From: Octopus sinensis
Lineage: Eukaryota
NCBI RefSeq assembly: GCF_006345805.1
Contig: NW_021832860.1
Coordinates: 32,401-96,400 of the forward strand
Reading direction: 5' to 3'
DNA length: 64,000 nucleotides
Shown: piece by piece, positions 1 through 14,169 of the stretch
Numbering within the stretch: position 1 is the first letter of the stretch
Layout: the number at the start of each line of letters is the position of its first letter
Made by a program: the position numbers and the translations under genes
The notes under the pieces: generated by a model
What the model saw: the letters and a program-made list of their open reading frames with translations, nothing else
What the model was told of the DNA's origin: nothing
The model's database searches: none

Positions 1-442
1 ATGGAACGACTCAACACGGCTATTCAAGAGAAAAGACCGAATTGGCAGCATGGAGTTCTTCTATTGCACGACAACGCCCGCCCTCATATCACCAATATGA
101 CTAAGGAAGTCATTCAAACGCATGGCTGTGAAGTTCTGCCACACCCGCCGTATTCTCCTGATTTGGCACCAACTGGTTTCCACGTCTGTCGATCTCTTTC
201 AAATGCTATGCGCGGAGTTTCGTTCAATACTCATGCAGAATTGAGAGCTTGGTTGGATCAATTTTTCTAATCGAAATCGGGTGTTTTCTAGCAACGAGGT
301 ATTGAAAATCTTGTTGAACGTTGGAAAGAAGTTGTAAACAACAAGAGTGAATGCATTATTGATTAATCAGTTACGTTTTATTAAACCTTTTAAAAAATTA
401 AAATTCTTAAAAACCAGTGGGAACTTAGTTGCCAACCAAATA
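1..442 (+). mobile_element. mariner (DD34D-type) transposon 3' remnant: transposase C-terminus plus right TIR
   Basis: HDNARPH and PPYSPDLAP motifs. The frame continues through stops at 268-270 and 289-291 as ...RGIENLVERWKEVVNNKSECIID* (ends 366). TIR-like ggaacttagttgccaaccaaata ends in TA at ~442. Confidence 0.9.
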
Positions 443-1397
443 AATTTGGAACAGCCATAACAGTGATAGCACTACAAACATATCAATCTAACAAGCTAGC
501 TACCTAGCTGCCTAGTAATCTGTTTGTCTATCTGTCCGTCTATCTAGTAGTCTGTTTGTCCGTTTGTCTATCTGTCTTTCTATCATTGTATTTTTACGCA
601 TTGTTATTGTCCGCCATATTGCAATGAATATAAGGCAAGGTTACGACAATTAAATGGAAACTAAGATGTTTCTATACGAATGATACTATTTTTAGGTAAA
701 AGGAAATCATATAAAAATTTTTATTGAATGAAATAGGAAAGTTTAGCCGAATAGAAGGAAATTTAATTAATTATTTTGTTATAGAATATTAGAAGTGTCT
801 GTTCATGGAAACTGGAAATGATGGTGAAGGATGTAAGAATTCTGATGCAGGCTATTTATTTAAACGATTTCAAGGAAAAGTGGAATTTAAGAATGTGTTT
901 AGAACAAATTCAAAAGCACGTCTTTTAAAGAAAGTATAAGGAAATAACTTGGTAGAAGCGTTAAATCCTTAAAAATCCTTTAAAATATTTTAGCCCGAAG
1001 GCCGCGGCCATGCTGGGGCACCACCGCATACCTCACTTTCGTTGTTCCAATACTCTGTGGTCTATGTTGGCTAGTTTTGTTTTTCATCTCCTTTGGTTCG
1101 ATAAATTAAGAGAGCAATCAAGTTCGGAAGTTGACTTCGTCTTTCTCTCCCTCGAATCAGTATCGTACTGTGAACGGACCATTAGAGATGCGTTGGTATT
1201 GGTTACAACGAATGAGAAAGCAATTGTTTATATTGAAAGATAAATATAAATCAGCTTCAGTGAATGAGTTTGAATTGTCAACTTTGCGAGAAGAGAGATG
1301 GCGATTATACAGGAATGCGTAAAATTGAACGCAGTAATGTGGAGATTACAGAAAGTAAGAGCGAAACAACGAAAGAATGCTATGTTACATTTTTTTT

Positions 1398-1745
1398 TCA
1401 AATTTTAGCACAAGGCCAACAATTTTGAGGAGGTGGATAAGTCAATTACATCGACTCCGATACAGGAAAGGTAAAGTCAACCTCGGCGGTATTTGAACTC
1501 ACAACATAAAAACGGACGAAATGCTGCTAAGCATTCTTCTCGCCGTCTTAATGATTCTGACAGCTCGTCACCACATCGTTAGATTACATATTGGTTTCAA
1601 GTTTTGACACAGGGGAGATTCTCGACTGGTAATAATTTTATCGACTCCAAAAAGATGAAAGGCAAACACAGAATGTAAAGACGGACGGGATAGCGCTATG
1701 CATTTCGCCCGGCGCGGTAACGATTCTCCTTGCTAGACGCCTCAC
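1398..1745 (-). mobile_element. two degenerate SINE family A copies
   Basis: aaaggtaaagtcaacctcggcggtatttgaactc and gatgaaaggcaaa match the reverse complement of family A. Confidence 0.7.
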
Positions 1746-2169
1746 CGTTAGATTCCATATTGTAAACGATAATGAAATACTGAACTAGGGTAAATTATTG
1801 TTAAAAATGAAATGTAATGCTGGAAGAAATAAACCAAAACTGCAATCAGTTCGTTGAAGCTGAACGCAAGATGTACAAATATTTGAATATCGCAATGTTA
1901 AGGAATCGACAATTTAAGTATTATATGATTGACTGAAACGAACCAGAAGTAAAAGTAGACAATAATATCAGGTAACTTTTAAATATTGGTTGACTTTGAC
2001 GTAAAAGCAAAAGAAATTGAATCCTGCTGAATTTCAAAAGGATGTGGTTGTAGATATGCTTACATTTTATATATGATGGCTCCGTCTATAACTTCACGAA
2101 GAAAGGAGGAGTTAATTCAGTAAATCAAAAGATTGAGTTACATTAGATAACTTGGACGCCGATCGGGCT

Positions 2170-2275
2170 CGAAACATCGACCGTTATAAAAAACCTCCTC
2201 AAGGAATGTGAAGACGCAGGCTGTAAGGCAGAGAATTTTCCAATCGTAGTTGGGCGTAAAGCGATTGTTGTTGTC
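2170..2275 (+). pseudogene. RLE-type non-LTR retrotransposon endonuclease fragment (HERO/NeSL-like)
   Basis: With one frameshift it reads RYK.LLKECEDAGCKAENFPIVVGRKAIV, resembling the KY..L..EC...GW.....PVEVG.RG motif. Confidence 0.5.
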
Positions 2276-2355
2276 ACAAGGTGTAACTCATCGTAAAGCA
2301 AATACCATCGTGAGGGACATCCGGACTACAGTGAAGAAGGCAAGTCACGTAGCTG

Positions 2356-2458
2356 TCACATCTTAGCGATCTCAATTCTTAGGTCTCCATATTTATCAAC
2401 TTTTTCTCTTTCTTTCATAATGATGTTTTGATCTCCTGGCACTGCTACATCGATTATC
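2356..2458 (-). pseudogene. R4/Dong-like LINE RLE fragment
   Basis: IIDVAVPGDQNIIMKEREKVDKYGDLRIEIAKM, abutting (ATG)n/(ATA)n. Confidence 0.75.
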
Positions 2459-2506
2459 ATCATCATCATCATCATCATCATCATTATTATTATTATTATT
2501 ATTATC

Positions 2507-2848
2507 ATTCTATGTTTGACTTTTGCTTTATATTTGTACAAGTTGGCTCCAAGTCTCACCCAGAGACCTCAAGAGACAACAGGGTTGGAAGTTCATGTTG
2601 TTGTTATGCCTAGTGTGCCATATATTTGGGGGGTGGGGATGTTGTACTAATGAATGTCTAAAAAAAAAAGTTTTTTTTTTTGTTTTTTGTTTTTTAAACC
2701 GAAAATTATGTTTGTTTTAAACCTTGAGATTACATAGAGAGTATTTTGCGTAGGATATGAGCAGTTCCCATGAGCACTATCTTTTGAACTTCTGCCATTT
2801 TGGGGTTTCCTGGTATCTGAGTTAGGTAGCTATCAGCCCCTTTTGCTA

Positions 2849-2852
<4 letters not shown>
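2507..2852 (-). mobile_element. R4/Dong-like LINE 3' end (ORF end plus 3' UTR) between TAA tracts
   Basis: Minus strand MIAKGADSYLTQIPGNPKMAEVQKIVLMGTAHILRKILSM*, then a UTR running into (TAA)n. Confidence 0.8.
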
Positions 2853-2910
<58 letters not shown>

Positions 2911-3424
2911 GTTCGGTTAAAAAGAGACGATGAGCGATAGCTAGATGAATAATGAGTGAGACCTAGTAACCAGTCGATCTAGCAAGAGTGGCCTCAGTTC
3001 AGTGTGGGGGACCGGTGCACAATAATGTCATCAAGAGGAAGGGTCTCGAAACGATGCGCATTCTCTACTGATGATTCCATAAGCGAGCTATGCAGAGCTT
3101 CCAACTGGTGGCACTTGCATCTGCAAGTTGTTTGCAAAAATTCAATTAGATGATAAAGAAATATCTATGTATCAAAGTGTGTGTATATACATGTGCATAT
3201 ATATATTTGTATGTGTGTGTGTGTTTGGGTGTTAGGATATATGTATATATGTATGTGTATTTACAGATGTGTGTGTGCGTGTGTGTGTATGCATGTGTAT
3301 AAATATCTATATAAGTATGAGCATATCTATGTATATTATTGTCATATATAATCATTTATTCACTTTTTAATCAGTGCTTAATAAACAAACGCCATTTTGT
3401 TTTGCAATATTTATTTATAATTAA

Positions 3425-3927
3425 AGGCTGCGAGTTGGCAGAATCGTTAAGACCCCTGGCAAAACGCCCGTAGCATTTCATCCGTCTTTACGTTCTGTGT
3501 TCAAATACCAATAGAGCTGACTCTGCCTTGCATAATTTCGAGGGGGGGGGCGATAAAATAAGCACCAGTTGAGCACTGTAGTTGATGTAATCGACATACA
3601 CCACTCTCTTGAAATTGCTGGCCTTGTGCCAAAATTTGAAGTCAATATTTTTTTTCCCTTGTTTTCATACCCCCGAACCAATAATATTAAAACATCTAGC
3701 ATTCTTTGCATTTATGCGCAAGAAAGTGTGTAACATCAATGGCACAAGATTCTCTCTTCCCATACTGGTACAAAGTTCAATGCTGCATCTTGTTGGGTGT
3801 TCAAAGACTTGGAACTATTTGAGAACTATTTCTTCCAGGAACTTTAGATCCAGGTACAATAGTGTTACATAGCTGAATCTGAAATTGTGACTATGATAAA
3901 TATTTTTATTAGGTGATTGCTACGTCG

Positions 3928-3977
<50 letters not shown>

Positions 3978-4232
3978 ACTAGTGTAATGTGGTGATCTTG
4001 CAGAATAATTAGCACCCCGGGCAAAATGCTTAGAGGTATTTTGTCCTTAGGTTTTGAGTACAATGCTTAGCTGCATTTAGTCGATACATTCTGACATCAA
4101 ATTCTGCGGAGGTCAGCTTTGCATTTCAATCTTCCGGGGTCGATAACTTATGTACCAGTTGAATCCTCGGGTCGGTGTAATCGACTTACCCCTTCCCCCA
4201 AAATTGCCGGCCTTGTGCCAAAATTTGAATTC
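3425..4232 (+). mobile_element. two SINE family A copies (~3425-3645, ~3988-4232)
   Basis: gagttggcagaatcgtt head, gttcaaat B-box-like motif, gccttgtgccaaaatttgaa tail. Confidence 0.7.
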
Positions 4233-4967
4233 ATTATTCCATTAGGACTGCTGTTGGACTTTGAGCCATTAGCTTCTCGGCTTATTGTCTTCGTTCAATA
4301 AACCCAAACGTTAATGTTATCGATTTATATATTAAATAAATGGTAATTGAATAATAGATGTAATTGAAATAAACGTTTAAATTAAATACATTAGCGAGCA
4401 TTATTAATTCTCTAAATTAAATAAATTATAAGACATTATTAAATAAATATACAAATTAAATATATTATCATTTATTATTAAATAAATGACTGAAATTAAT
4501 ATTTGACATAATTAAATACATCATTAGACATGAATAGTTAATTAATGTTTAAAATTTTTTTAATAAGTATTAAGGTTCCAGAGGTATGCTAAGTTCATTT
4601 CATTACCTACTCCATTGTATTCAAAATATTTCTTTACCAAGTTGAATTCCTGATGAAATTTACTGCCTTTAATCACATTGATAGTAATACAATGATTATC
4701 AAATCTATTTTATCGATTATGTATTTAGTTTCATCGTAGTACACCGTAAAAGAACAGATATTTAGCTGTAAGAACACAAGGACACTAAACGAAATTTCCA
4801 GCAAGCTGACGCCACTGTGTTGTATTGATTTTTACTTCTCTGAACCCAACATGTCAAAAATAAATTGAGAGAGAAAATTAAAAAAAAACATTGAATGTTA
4901 CAAATTCCAGTTCTATTTTCGAACTAAGCCTTAGGCGGCTCCATTAGTTTTAAAGTGCCGAACTTGG

Positions 4968-5345
4968 TTAGGAGTGGCTGTGTGGAAAGTAGCTTGCTTA
5001 CCAACCACATGATTCCGGATTCAGTCCCACTGCGTGGCATCTTGGGCAAGTGTCTTCTACTATAGCCTCGGGCCGACCAAAGCCTTGTGACTGGATATGG
5101 TAGACGGAAACTGAAAGAAGCCTGTCGTATACATATATATATAATATATATATATGTATGTGTTTGTGTATGTTTGTCCCCCTCAACATCGCTTGACAAC
5201 CGATGCTGGTGTGTTTACGCCCCGTAACTTAGCGGTTCGGCATGAGAGACCGGTAGAAGTACTAGGCTTACAAAGAATTTGTCCTGGGGTCGATTTGCTC
5301 GACTAAGGACACTGCTCCAGCATGGCCGCAGTCAAGTGACTGAAA
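4968..5345 (+). mobile_element. SINE family B (tRNA-like head, internal TA/TG microsatellite)
   Basis: ggagtggctgtgtgg...ttcagtcccactgcgtggcatcttgggcaagtgtc...ccagcatggccgcagtc; at least 12 similar copies in the window. Confidence 0.85.
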
Positions 5346-6109
5346 AAAATAAAAGAATAAAAGGCAAAAAAGAAAGAAAGTCAAAAGAAGGCACGGTAAT
5401 ACGCTAAATATCGTAGAAAGTTCATATATTTTAAAAGAATGTCTCCGTGATGAAATTTCTTTATCGCAAATCTGAGACATGCTTTTCTTCTATCCCCATT
5501 GCATACCGAAGCTGTTATCAAATGTTGCCCCGTTCCACTAAACTAAAACATTCTGCTATAGAACGATGAAGTTACATTTTATGAAATGATTGTTTTCTTT
5601 AACTATGAGTACAAGATCTTCAATTTCAAGGAGCGGTACCGATGTATGAAGCTTTGGAGTTCTTGCTGTTCTGTAACGCGTTAACGAAGTTGAAATAGTT
5701 CAACATGTGAATCAAATATGAGCCATGATAAAGCTGACGTTTGAAGCTAAAGGAACCATATTTTTAGTTCTACAGAAACAATCTACTTCCAGGAATAACG
5801 CTTCCGGCAATCAAATACACTATAAACATCATTCCCCTCATATATTATCATTTAAAATAAATGTCAGTGGATGGCATCAATCTCATAAACTTAGCTTTAA
5901 GCAAAGCCGAATAAGTTTAGTGACTAATGATAAATATCTAATTATTAATTTATAGACAATTAATCAAAAATTTTTACATTTTACATTGTTACCAAACTTT
6001 GTTTCACCTGCACTTCTTCCTATGACACAGAATTTCATTATCAGACCACTCAAATTTTTTAACTTGCTTCCTAAAGTACCAAGCTAAACCAACTCTTATT
6101 ACTCTATCC

Positions 6110-6380
6110 GCTTTCGCCTGTTTTCATGTTCTGAGTTCAAATTCCGCCGAGGTCAACTTTGTCATTTATCCTTCCGGGGTCGATAAATTAAGTATCAATG
6201 AAACACTGGGATCGATGTAATCGACTCATCACCTCCCGCAAAATGGCTATCCTTGTGGCAAAATTTGAAACCAGTATTCTATTGTCTCTTAAGATGGCGA
6301 GCTGGCAGAATCGTTAGCATGCCGGACAAAAACGGCTTAATGGCATTTTGTCCGTCTTGACGTTCTGAGTTTTAAATGCT
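6110..6380 (+). mobile_element. SINE family A copies (tandem, second truncated)
   Basis: ctgagttcaaattccgccgaggtc... and gatggcgagctggcagaatcgttagc. Confidence 0.75.
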
Positions 6381-6405
6381 ACCATTTCTGTTCTATCATT
6401 TCGGT

Positions 6406-7311
6406 AATGATAGAACAGAAAGGCACTGCTACAGGATATAAGCAAAGCTGCTCGAGGTGCCTGCTATGCAGTTGTGGATAAGGAGAAAGGAATTATTCTA
6501 AGACGGCATGATAATAACCAAGTAAATCTTGTAACCAATTTGAAAGATGAGACGGTTTTTGATGTTAGTAGCTGTAAATGATGGAAAGAATCTGAGAGAA
6601 ATCACAACCAAATATTGTGAGTCTACATGTCAAACAAAAGGGAGGTGTCGACTTATTTGACAAATTGAGAGGTCATTATCGAATTAGAATATGATCAAGA
6701 GAATGATATTGACCTTTGTTTAGATTTTACCTCAATGGAAGCATTGTAAATTTATGGATTGTTTTCCACTGTATTCAGAGAAATATGTCTCTACTGGAAT
6801 TTGAAAGTTACTGCATTGCTTGCTGCTCCAGATTTAGAAAAGAAGAGAGTGGTACGTCCTAAAACAAAGAAGCAAGTTCCGCAAGTGGCACGATTCGATA
6901 ACAGACACCACCTCGTCAACAAATTTGAAACTCAAAGGCGAAGCACAGCTTGTGGAAAATGCACCAAATTTGTTTGCATCAAATGCAATGTAGGCCAACA
7001 CCCTGACACATGATTTCTTCATTTTCATTAATAAATGATATTCCTCTTAGAAATATTATATCTACTTGTCATTAGAAATTTTTTGTAAAACAAATAAATG
7101 AGATTAATTTTTTTTTTTACTTCATCCTTATTTCAAAATTTTAACCCCACATACCAAGCGTATGATATATCATACGGGTCTTAAAACCATTTTATTATTA
7201 TAATATTCACAACATTTTGTTGTGAACTTCTAAAATAGATAAAAGGATACAACGTATGTGGATGTACCAAAAAATTCAATTTTTTTTTTTAATTCGGGCA
7301 TTAATGGCTAA
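6406..7311 (+). mobile_element. piggyBac-superfamily transposon 3' remnant
   Basis: GGVDLFDKLRGHYRIRI*SRE*Y*PLFRFYLNGSIVNLW (~6642-6757) and Cys-rich C-terminus RFDNRHHLV...CGKCTKFVCIKCNVGQH. Possible end gggcattaatggctaa at ~7296-7311. Confidence 0.85.
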
Positions 7312-7700
7312 AGGCGTCTGGCAGAGTTCTTAGTAGTATTTTGTCTGTCTGTACTTTCTGAGTTCAAATTCCTCCGAGGTCGACTTTGCCTTTCATCCTT
7401 TTGGGGTCGATTAAATAAATACCAAGGATGGATATAATTGATTAACCACCTCCCGCAAAATTCCAGGCCTCTGTTCTAATGTCTCTTAACGCAGCAAGCT
7501 GGCAGAGTCATTAGCATTCCAGACAAAATGCTTAGTGGGCATTTCGCCCGTCTTTACGTTCTGACATCTAATCCCACGGAGATAGTCTTTGCCTGTCGGA
7601 GTCGATAAAATAAGTACTAGTTGAGCAATGGGGGGTCGATATAATCGATTATCCCATCCCTACAAAATTTCAGGCCCTGTGCCTATAACAGACAGGATTA
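7312..7700 (+). mobile_element. two SINE family A copies
   Basis: gaggtcgactttgcctttcatcctt core present. Confidence 0.75.
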
Positions 7701-9451
7701 TCCTCTTGTCTATTCCTGAAAAGGTTCTTTTGGGGGTTCTTTGCCTAAATAAATGTCACTGTTTGCTGTGAAATATTTGTCAAATCTTATCCACACACAT
7801 TTCTACCATTTGTTTATAAAAATTGTTCGTCAGATATTTGTCATTGTTCATTAATATTATCGATCTTTGCTAAAAGCTCAATGTGTGTGATTGCCGACAT
7901 ATAATGACTATGATTTAAAATTAAAATAAATGGAAAGAAATATTACACGGTATTCGTTCACCAGAAATATTTCTTTTATTGTCAGTTGCACTGTATTAAT
8001 TTTTTTTTCTTTTACTTTCTTACATTAATCACAACTTAGGCCATTTTGTTCTCTTTGCAATCTTCTCAGACCGCCTGGAATTCTCTTCATCATTGGTGTA
8101 AAATAATTTTAAAGAGCCATCCCACACAACAATTTCCTCTCTGCTGAACACTTGACCCATACCAACTCTGATTTATGAAAAAGCTTAAGAGAGCCAAAAA
8201 TAGATCATAATTTGTTTCCTATCGTGTCTATTTTGAAGTAGCAATTTTATGCCAGCTCGCTGGAGTCATCCATTAACTCTATGACGTATTTATGGACGAT
8301 GACTTTGGTGTCATCTCACTTATTTTCTGGATTAACCAGAATTAAGCTAGACGACTTTGTTTTACTTCTTTGTAATATTCTCCCGGAACTTAAATTTGTC
8401 AGGAATATCTCTTCATTTCGTCCATTTTCTCCTATTTCTCACTTTCCTCAACAGTCATTTATCCAACCATGTGTACTAAAACCATATCAATAGCTAAATA
8501 TTTAATAATCAGTATTTTGTCTTACCGGAAACAGATCCCATCAACCGTTTACTTCTTTTATTTCTGCCACAAAGCCATTCACAGAAATAATTCCGGTTCG
8601 TCTTGAGACAGCAGGAAATAATCTCTGCCAATTTGGCTCATGCCATCTTCCCTTATCTGAACAGGCGATAATAGTAGACCAACCCCTCCTCCACTTCTGT
8701 TAAATTTGAGCAGAAAGACAGAATTTCGTATTCATAACTTTCCAATTATATTTTGTACCATGGGCAAAACATTCTCTGAAACATTTATTTTCTGCAACGG
8801 CTCCCCATCTTTGTCAATGGCGTCGGACGGGTGACAAATTTGCTTCATAAATATGTGGCTTCAGTTTCAATTCCATTGCACATATCTTTGGGCAAGTATC
8901 TTCTAAAATAGATGCAGGTTGACAACAGATTTGTAAATGAAACTTGATTAACAGAGACTTGCACGGAAGCCCTTCAAATATATTTTTTGTGTTACTGTCC
9001 AGCAGACATTATCTTTTGCCTGGATTAATATCATCTTCTAGGCTTTGGGTTCATTTAGCAGAGTCCATTCTGCTAAAATTATGCGAGTAAGTTCTCTTAT
9101 GTGAGATTAATGCTTCTCTCTCCTTCGAACTTGTCTCAAAAGTCCCTGAAAGTGTCAGGAACGATGTCCTTACTTCTCAATGCAATAAACTGATATATAT
9201 ATTTTTTCTCTTAGAAACTACAACCGACTTCATGTTATCTTCTCTTTCCCAAGTACCAAACTTTAAAACCGTTCAGTCTAATAGTTTGTACTTGATCCAT
9301 CAAGTCCAATGCCTCGCATACAATTCCATGTAACCAGGAATTGTAGATGGCTCAAGTCTTGTTTGATTCATGAGAAAATTTTATTACGCGGCACTAGTTT
9401 GGTGACTGATCCATCGCTCATTTCTAAACCATTCGTTCTGTGACCTATAAT

Positions 9452-9665
9452 AGAGAGGATGCTGAAAGTTTCTGGCTTTAAGGATGTCGCGAAAGGCCTG
9501 GTTGCAGTTCCAAACTTCCAAGTTCTTTTACAAGGCTTAGAAAAACTGTAACACCACTGAAATAACTGTGTGAGTCTGACAGGAGATTATGCTGAATAAA
9601 ATCATAATTAACTGATCCTCCTGCCTTTTCTTTTACTCAAAGTCAGGAACTTTTCTGTATCCCTT
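9452..9665 (+). mobile_element. mariner-derived MITE (~210 bp)
   Basis: Imperfect TIRs gaggatgctgaaagtttctggcttt / aaagtcaggaacttttctgtatccct. Interior reads QGLEKL*HH*NNCVSLTGDYAE*, like a mariner C-terminus. Confidence 0.7.
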
Positions 9666-9913
9666 CTTACATCAGTTCACCGAGATATTCTACAGAATAT
9701 AACATATCGTACAATGCAGGATTAATGCTATGTTTTCTCTTATAATTAATAACAGCGAAAACCTTTTCTCTCTTGCCTTTCCCCGTGTTCTCTAAGTTTG
9801 GTTTTGTGTTTTTTTTTCTTTTCACTTTCTTATTAAAAGGTTGGGCTTCACCTTCCTTTTCTCTCCTCGATCCTCATTCTACCTTCGCAGTTATTTATAT
9901 TCATCTGATCCTT

Positions 9914-9974
<61 letters not shown>

Positions 9975-10392
9975 TACTGTTTTGGTCTCTTGAATTATTC
10001 TGACAATCACTACTATTTCCGTTTTTTTTCTCTTCCTCATAATCTGTGTTTCTCTCTCTCTCTCTCTCTCTCTCTCCCTCTCTTTCTCTCGTTGTCATAC
10101 TCATTTACACTGTCAGTCTTTCTTTCCATTCTCCCAAGACAGACAGTCCACAGAACAGTATAACTCTGTTGCTGTGATGACTCGTTAACAAATCTCCAAT
10201 TATAGATTTTGCTATTATTGAGGAGTGGCAGAATCGTTAGAGCATCAGATAAATTCCGTCGCATTATTTATTCCGGTATTACACGTTCTTAGTTCAAATC
10301 TCGCCGAGGTCAATTATGCTTTTATCCTTGCGGGGGCTATTAAATAAAGAACAACTGAAGTCGTGGAATCGATGGTATCCACTTAATCCACT

Positions 10393-10616
10393 GGCGGCGA
10401 GCTGGCAGAAACGTTAGCACGCCGAGCGAAATTCGTAGCCGTATTTCGTCTGGCATTACGTTCAAATTCCGCCGAGGTCGACTTTACCTTTCATCCATTC
10501 GGGGTCGATAAATAAAGTATCAGTTACGCACTGGGGTCGATGTAATCGACTTAATACCTATGTCTGTCCTTGTTTGTTCCCTCCATATTTAGCCCCTTGT
10601 GGGTAATAAAGAAATA
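10393..10616 (+). mobile_element. young SINE family A copy nested in an older family A copy
   Basis: 18-bp TSD ggtatccacttaatccac at 10374-10391 and 10617-10634. Core gtcgactttacctttcatccattcggggtcgataaa resembles the MetaSINE central domain (from memory). Confidence 0.9.
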
Positions 10617-12992
10617 GGTATCCACTTAATCCACCTCTCCGACTCATTGCCCTTCTTCTTGAATTAGAAACTAACGTTTCAGTAATTTTAATCTAGCGTT
10701 GGGCAATAGAGTTAAATTACATATTTTCTGGGAGTCGGTCGGCACTAAACCCCGCGACGAAAGTAGACAGGTTTGATACCATACGGCCAGTCAGTTGCAC
10801 ACTTGATTTTATCCTTATCAAAGTTATTGCTGTGTTTATATAAATACATGTTGGGGATATACATCCAAGACATATTTTGTGATTTTATTTGCATCTCTGC
10901 CTGTTTCGGATAATATCTTAAACGGAACATCTTCATCCAAGCAATGTCACTAATTCCGAAAGTTTTCTTCTCTAATTGAATTTATTTCTACAAATCAATT
11001 TATTTCACAGATCAAATATAGATAGTTAATACTTTAAACAAACACCAGTTACGATATTTAGATTTAGGATGCATTATAAGACCGAGGAAGATATTTTGAT
11101 AAAGTGTATTAATCTCTCTCAAATAAACATCTTAAAATGTTTTAATGCCTGTATGTCTCTGAGAAGCCACTGAACACTTACTGGCAGTAGGAACACTTAT
11201 CGCAAATAATCTAATACTATATTCACATAACCATTCGACTTCTACATAATTATCGCAGAATATAATCTGACAGAAACTAAGCAAAACAAAAAAATTTCGG
11301 AAGGTGGAAAATGTTAATACGCTTTAGACGGGCTTTAAGGAAATCCGAAAGAATTAAAGGTCGAATATTACAGTTGAGTCTGTTACGTTTAGCTCTATAT
11401 CAAAAATTTTGTCTCAGCCATCAAATCATAGGTTTGTACTTGTCTGCCAAGTAACTTGACCTGAGACATTGAATCAAAACTGGAAATTTTATTTTATTTA
11501 TTTACAACACACATGTTAAATTGTTAAATTCCTTTTCCATTCATTTAGTGACATGCCAATATTTTCGTCACGCTGTTGTAACTTGGTCACGGACAAACAC
11601 CCACTGCAACTGTAATTTATCTTTTGTTACTTTCAGACGTGCGTGTCTGGTGTGTAGACATTTTTGACCTTTTGACACTATAAGTAATTTCTATGATCTA
11701 TTCTTATGTCTGTTTATAAACTTGTATCGTTATTGTTATTCTTCTTTTTCTTTTTCTCTTTTTACCCACTTTTACCATAATGGCTGGCTGAAAATATGCT
11801 TACATCGTTCGCTATGTGCCTATATCAAGCATTTTTGGTGTATTTTCTTATTGTACGAATCTATAAACACTGGATTCAGGGTGAAAATATTTCATTTTGA
11901 TGATGTGGGTTGAAGCAATTGGTGGGGTAAATATGATTTCAAATTTTGGCACAAAGCCAGCAATTTCGTGGGAGGAGTAAGTATCAACTGCAGGGCACAA
12001 CTGGTACTTATTTTATCTATCTCGAAAGGATGAAAGGCAAAGTCGACCCCGGCAGCATTTGAACCGGGAACATACAGACGGACGAACTGTTGCTAAGCCT
12101 TTTGCGTAATGTGCTAACGATTCTGCCATTAGGGCTAAATATTAATTTAGAAATATGACCAGAGAGGAAATCGCAATCATGTGTGTGTGTCTGTGTGTGT
12201 GTGTGTCTGTGTGTGTGTGTCTGTGTGTGTGTCTTTGTGTGTGTGTGTCTTTGAACATATATGCCCATGTACACATATACACACAGACATGTATTTGAAG
12301 CTGATTAAAGGAGAAACAGGGAAATATGAACATCTTGAGAATGGTATATTTGTATTATCCTATATGAACATAGGGTTGTGATTGAGTATGGACACTGGTC
12401 TAGAAAAAGATTTACTGATCATAACAATGTAACACGTTAAGAAAACGTAAACACGTACACTAAGTTTATTAATTGAATCATGGGTTTATTTAGTGCGTGC
12501 TGGAAAAATGTGGAAATAGGATTTCATTCAGGATTCTTGTTCCGGTTCTCTGAATATATTAGTAGCGCTCAGAGCTGCCGAGAGGTAGCGTAAATTTCAA
12601 AGAGGCTTACCCATGGTTCTCTCTGGTACCGTATTCAGTATTCTTTCTCACTTCCAAATTGATATGTGGATTTATGGTACATTTTTTACAACTATTTTCA
12701 CGCCTGTTATTATCGTAATGGTAGAACTTATAGCAGATCAATTTGATGGATCTTCATTTTTTTTCTTCTACGAGTTCAATCTTGAGTTGTGCTTCTCAGA
12801 GGAAACGTTCACATTTGTTAGGTGATAAATTTATTGCGTGCACCTTCTACAAACATAACATTATCATACTTACCGTCACTGTATCATGTTCGGACTTTGA
12901 TTATCTTATTGTTTTAATCCATAACAACTCTATTTCAAAAGTTGCTACAATATAACTGGAAAGTTTCTTCGGCAATTATTTTTTTATTTATC

Positions 12993-13296
12993 TATGCGCC
13001 CTTTTCAAGCCTATCTAGGCTCATGGACCCGGTTTCCCGGTTTCTATGGCGTATGTGTTCCGCCCCAGCTGGACAGGACGCCAGTCCATCGCAGCGTTAC
13101 TCAAGAAACAAGAAGAAGGAGTGAGAGAAAGTTGGGGCGAAATAGTACAGCAGGGATCGCCACTACCCCCTGCCGGAGCCTCGTGGAGCTTCAAGTGTTT
13201 TCGCTCAATAAACACACATAACGCCCAGTCTGGGAATCGAAACCGCAATCCCTCGACCGCGAGTTCGCTGCCCTAACCACTGGGCCATTGCGCCTC
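12993..13296 (-). mobile_element. SINE family C (tRNA-derived head)
   Basis: Minus strand ggcgcaatggcccagtggttagggcagc...ggtttcgattccc (A and B boxes). Head shared with 42563-42922 and 55771-56149. Confidence 0.85.
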
Positions 13297-14123
13297 TTTT
13301 TTCAGCAATATATATATTCTAAAATATTTTATTTATTTCCCTAAGTGTGTCTTTCTGTGTGTAAACAAAAGGATTTTGGTAGATAAAATACTGACTGATT
13401 TTTTTCTGGTTTTGGGACTGAAATATCGGGGTCATGTTCCACATCACTTTTGTTAAATTGCAAAGATTTGCAAGGAAATTAAGTTAGTAATTAGGGAGCA
13501 GCGGTGTGACGAAAATTTTGATACGTCATGAAATGAATGAAAACTGAATATAAAAGCTTTTGTGTTCTTTCAAATAGTGATGCATACTCTCCTATTTAAT
13601 AGCATCCAAATATTACTTCATGTAAAATTTTAAATTAATTTATTTAACACCACTCTCTTTTAATCCACTCGTATAAACTGCTCGTGTGGGTTTTAAAACT
13701 TTAGCTCTACGTCAGCTGAATAACAAGATAAATAAATGCAATGTTTGTGGTTAAGATACAAATTTAACGTCAACTGATATCAAACAGTTTTGTTTCATAA
13801 CAAAAAAAAAGAAAACTTATTTTTTCCACCCACGTTAATCACGTGTTATTTGAAGAATTCACGAGGGGAACATTTCCTGAATGGGCAATGGTAATTGATT
13901 TTTCTGTTGTGAAATGGATATCTAAATTGTGAAGACATATTTGATTACTGCCGGAAGTGAACCAATTCCAATTTATCATCGGATAGAGCCAGAAAATTAA
14001 TTACTAAAATCTTTCTTCAAAATGTAAATAAATTTCTGCAATAACGTCTGACTTTTAGAAAGCTGAGTAAGAACACATCAATATTGTTACATGGCTATAG
14101 AATTTTAGTGTGCCTTAAACAAT

Positions 14124-14167
<44 letters not shown>

Positions 14168-14169
<2 letters not shown>

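Noticed and set aside
3028-3080. gaaac and ctgatga close together (hammerhead-like)
   Set aside because: Order and spacing cannot form stems I and III; more likely a hairpin within a LINE 3' UTR.
7980-9440. Possible decayed coding sequence on the minus strand
   Set aside because: Many stops and no motif I could recognise; needs BLASTX.
12530-12960. Possible transposase remnant
   Set aside because: Only a vague resemblance to hAT dimerisation motifs.
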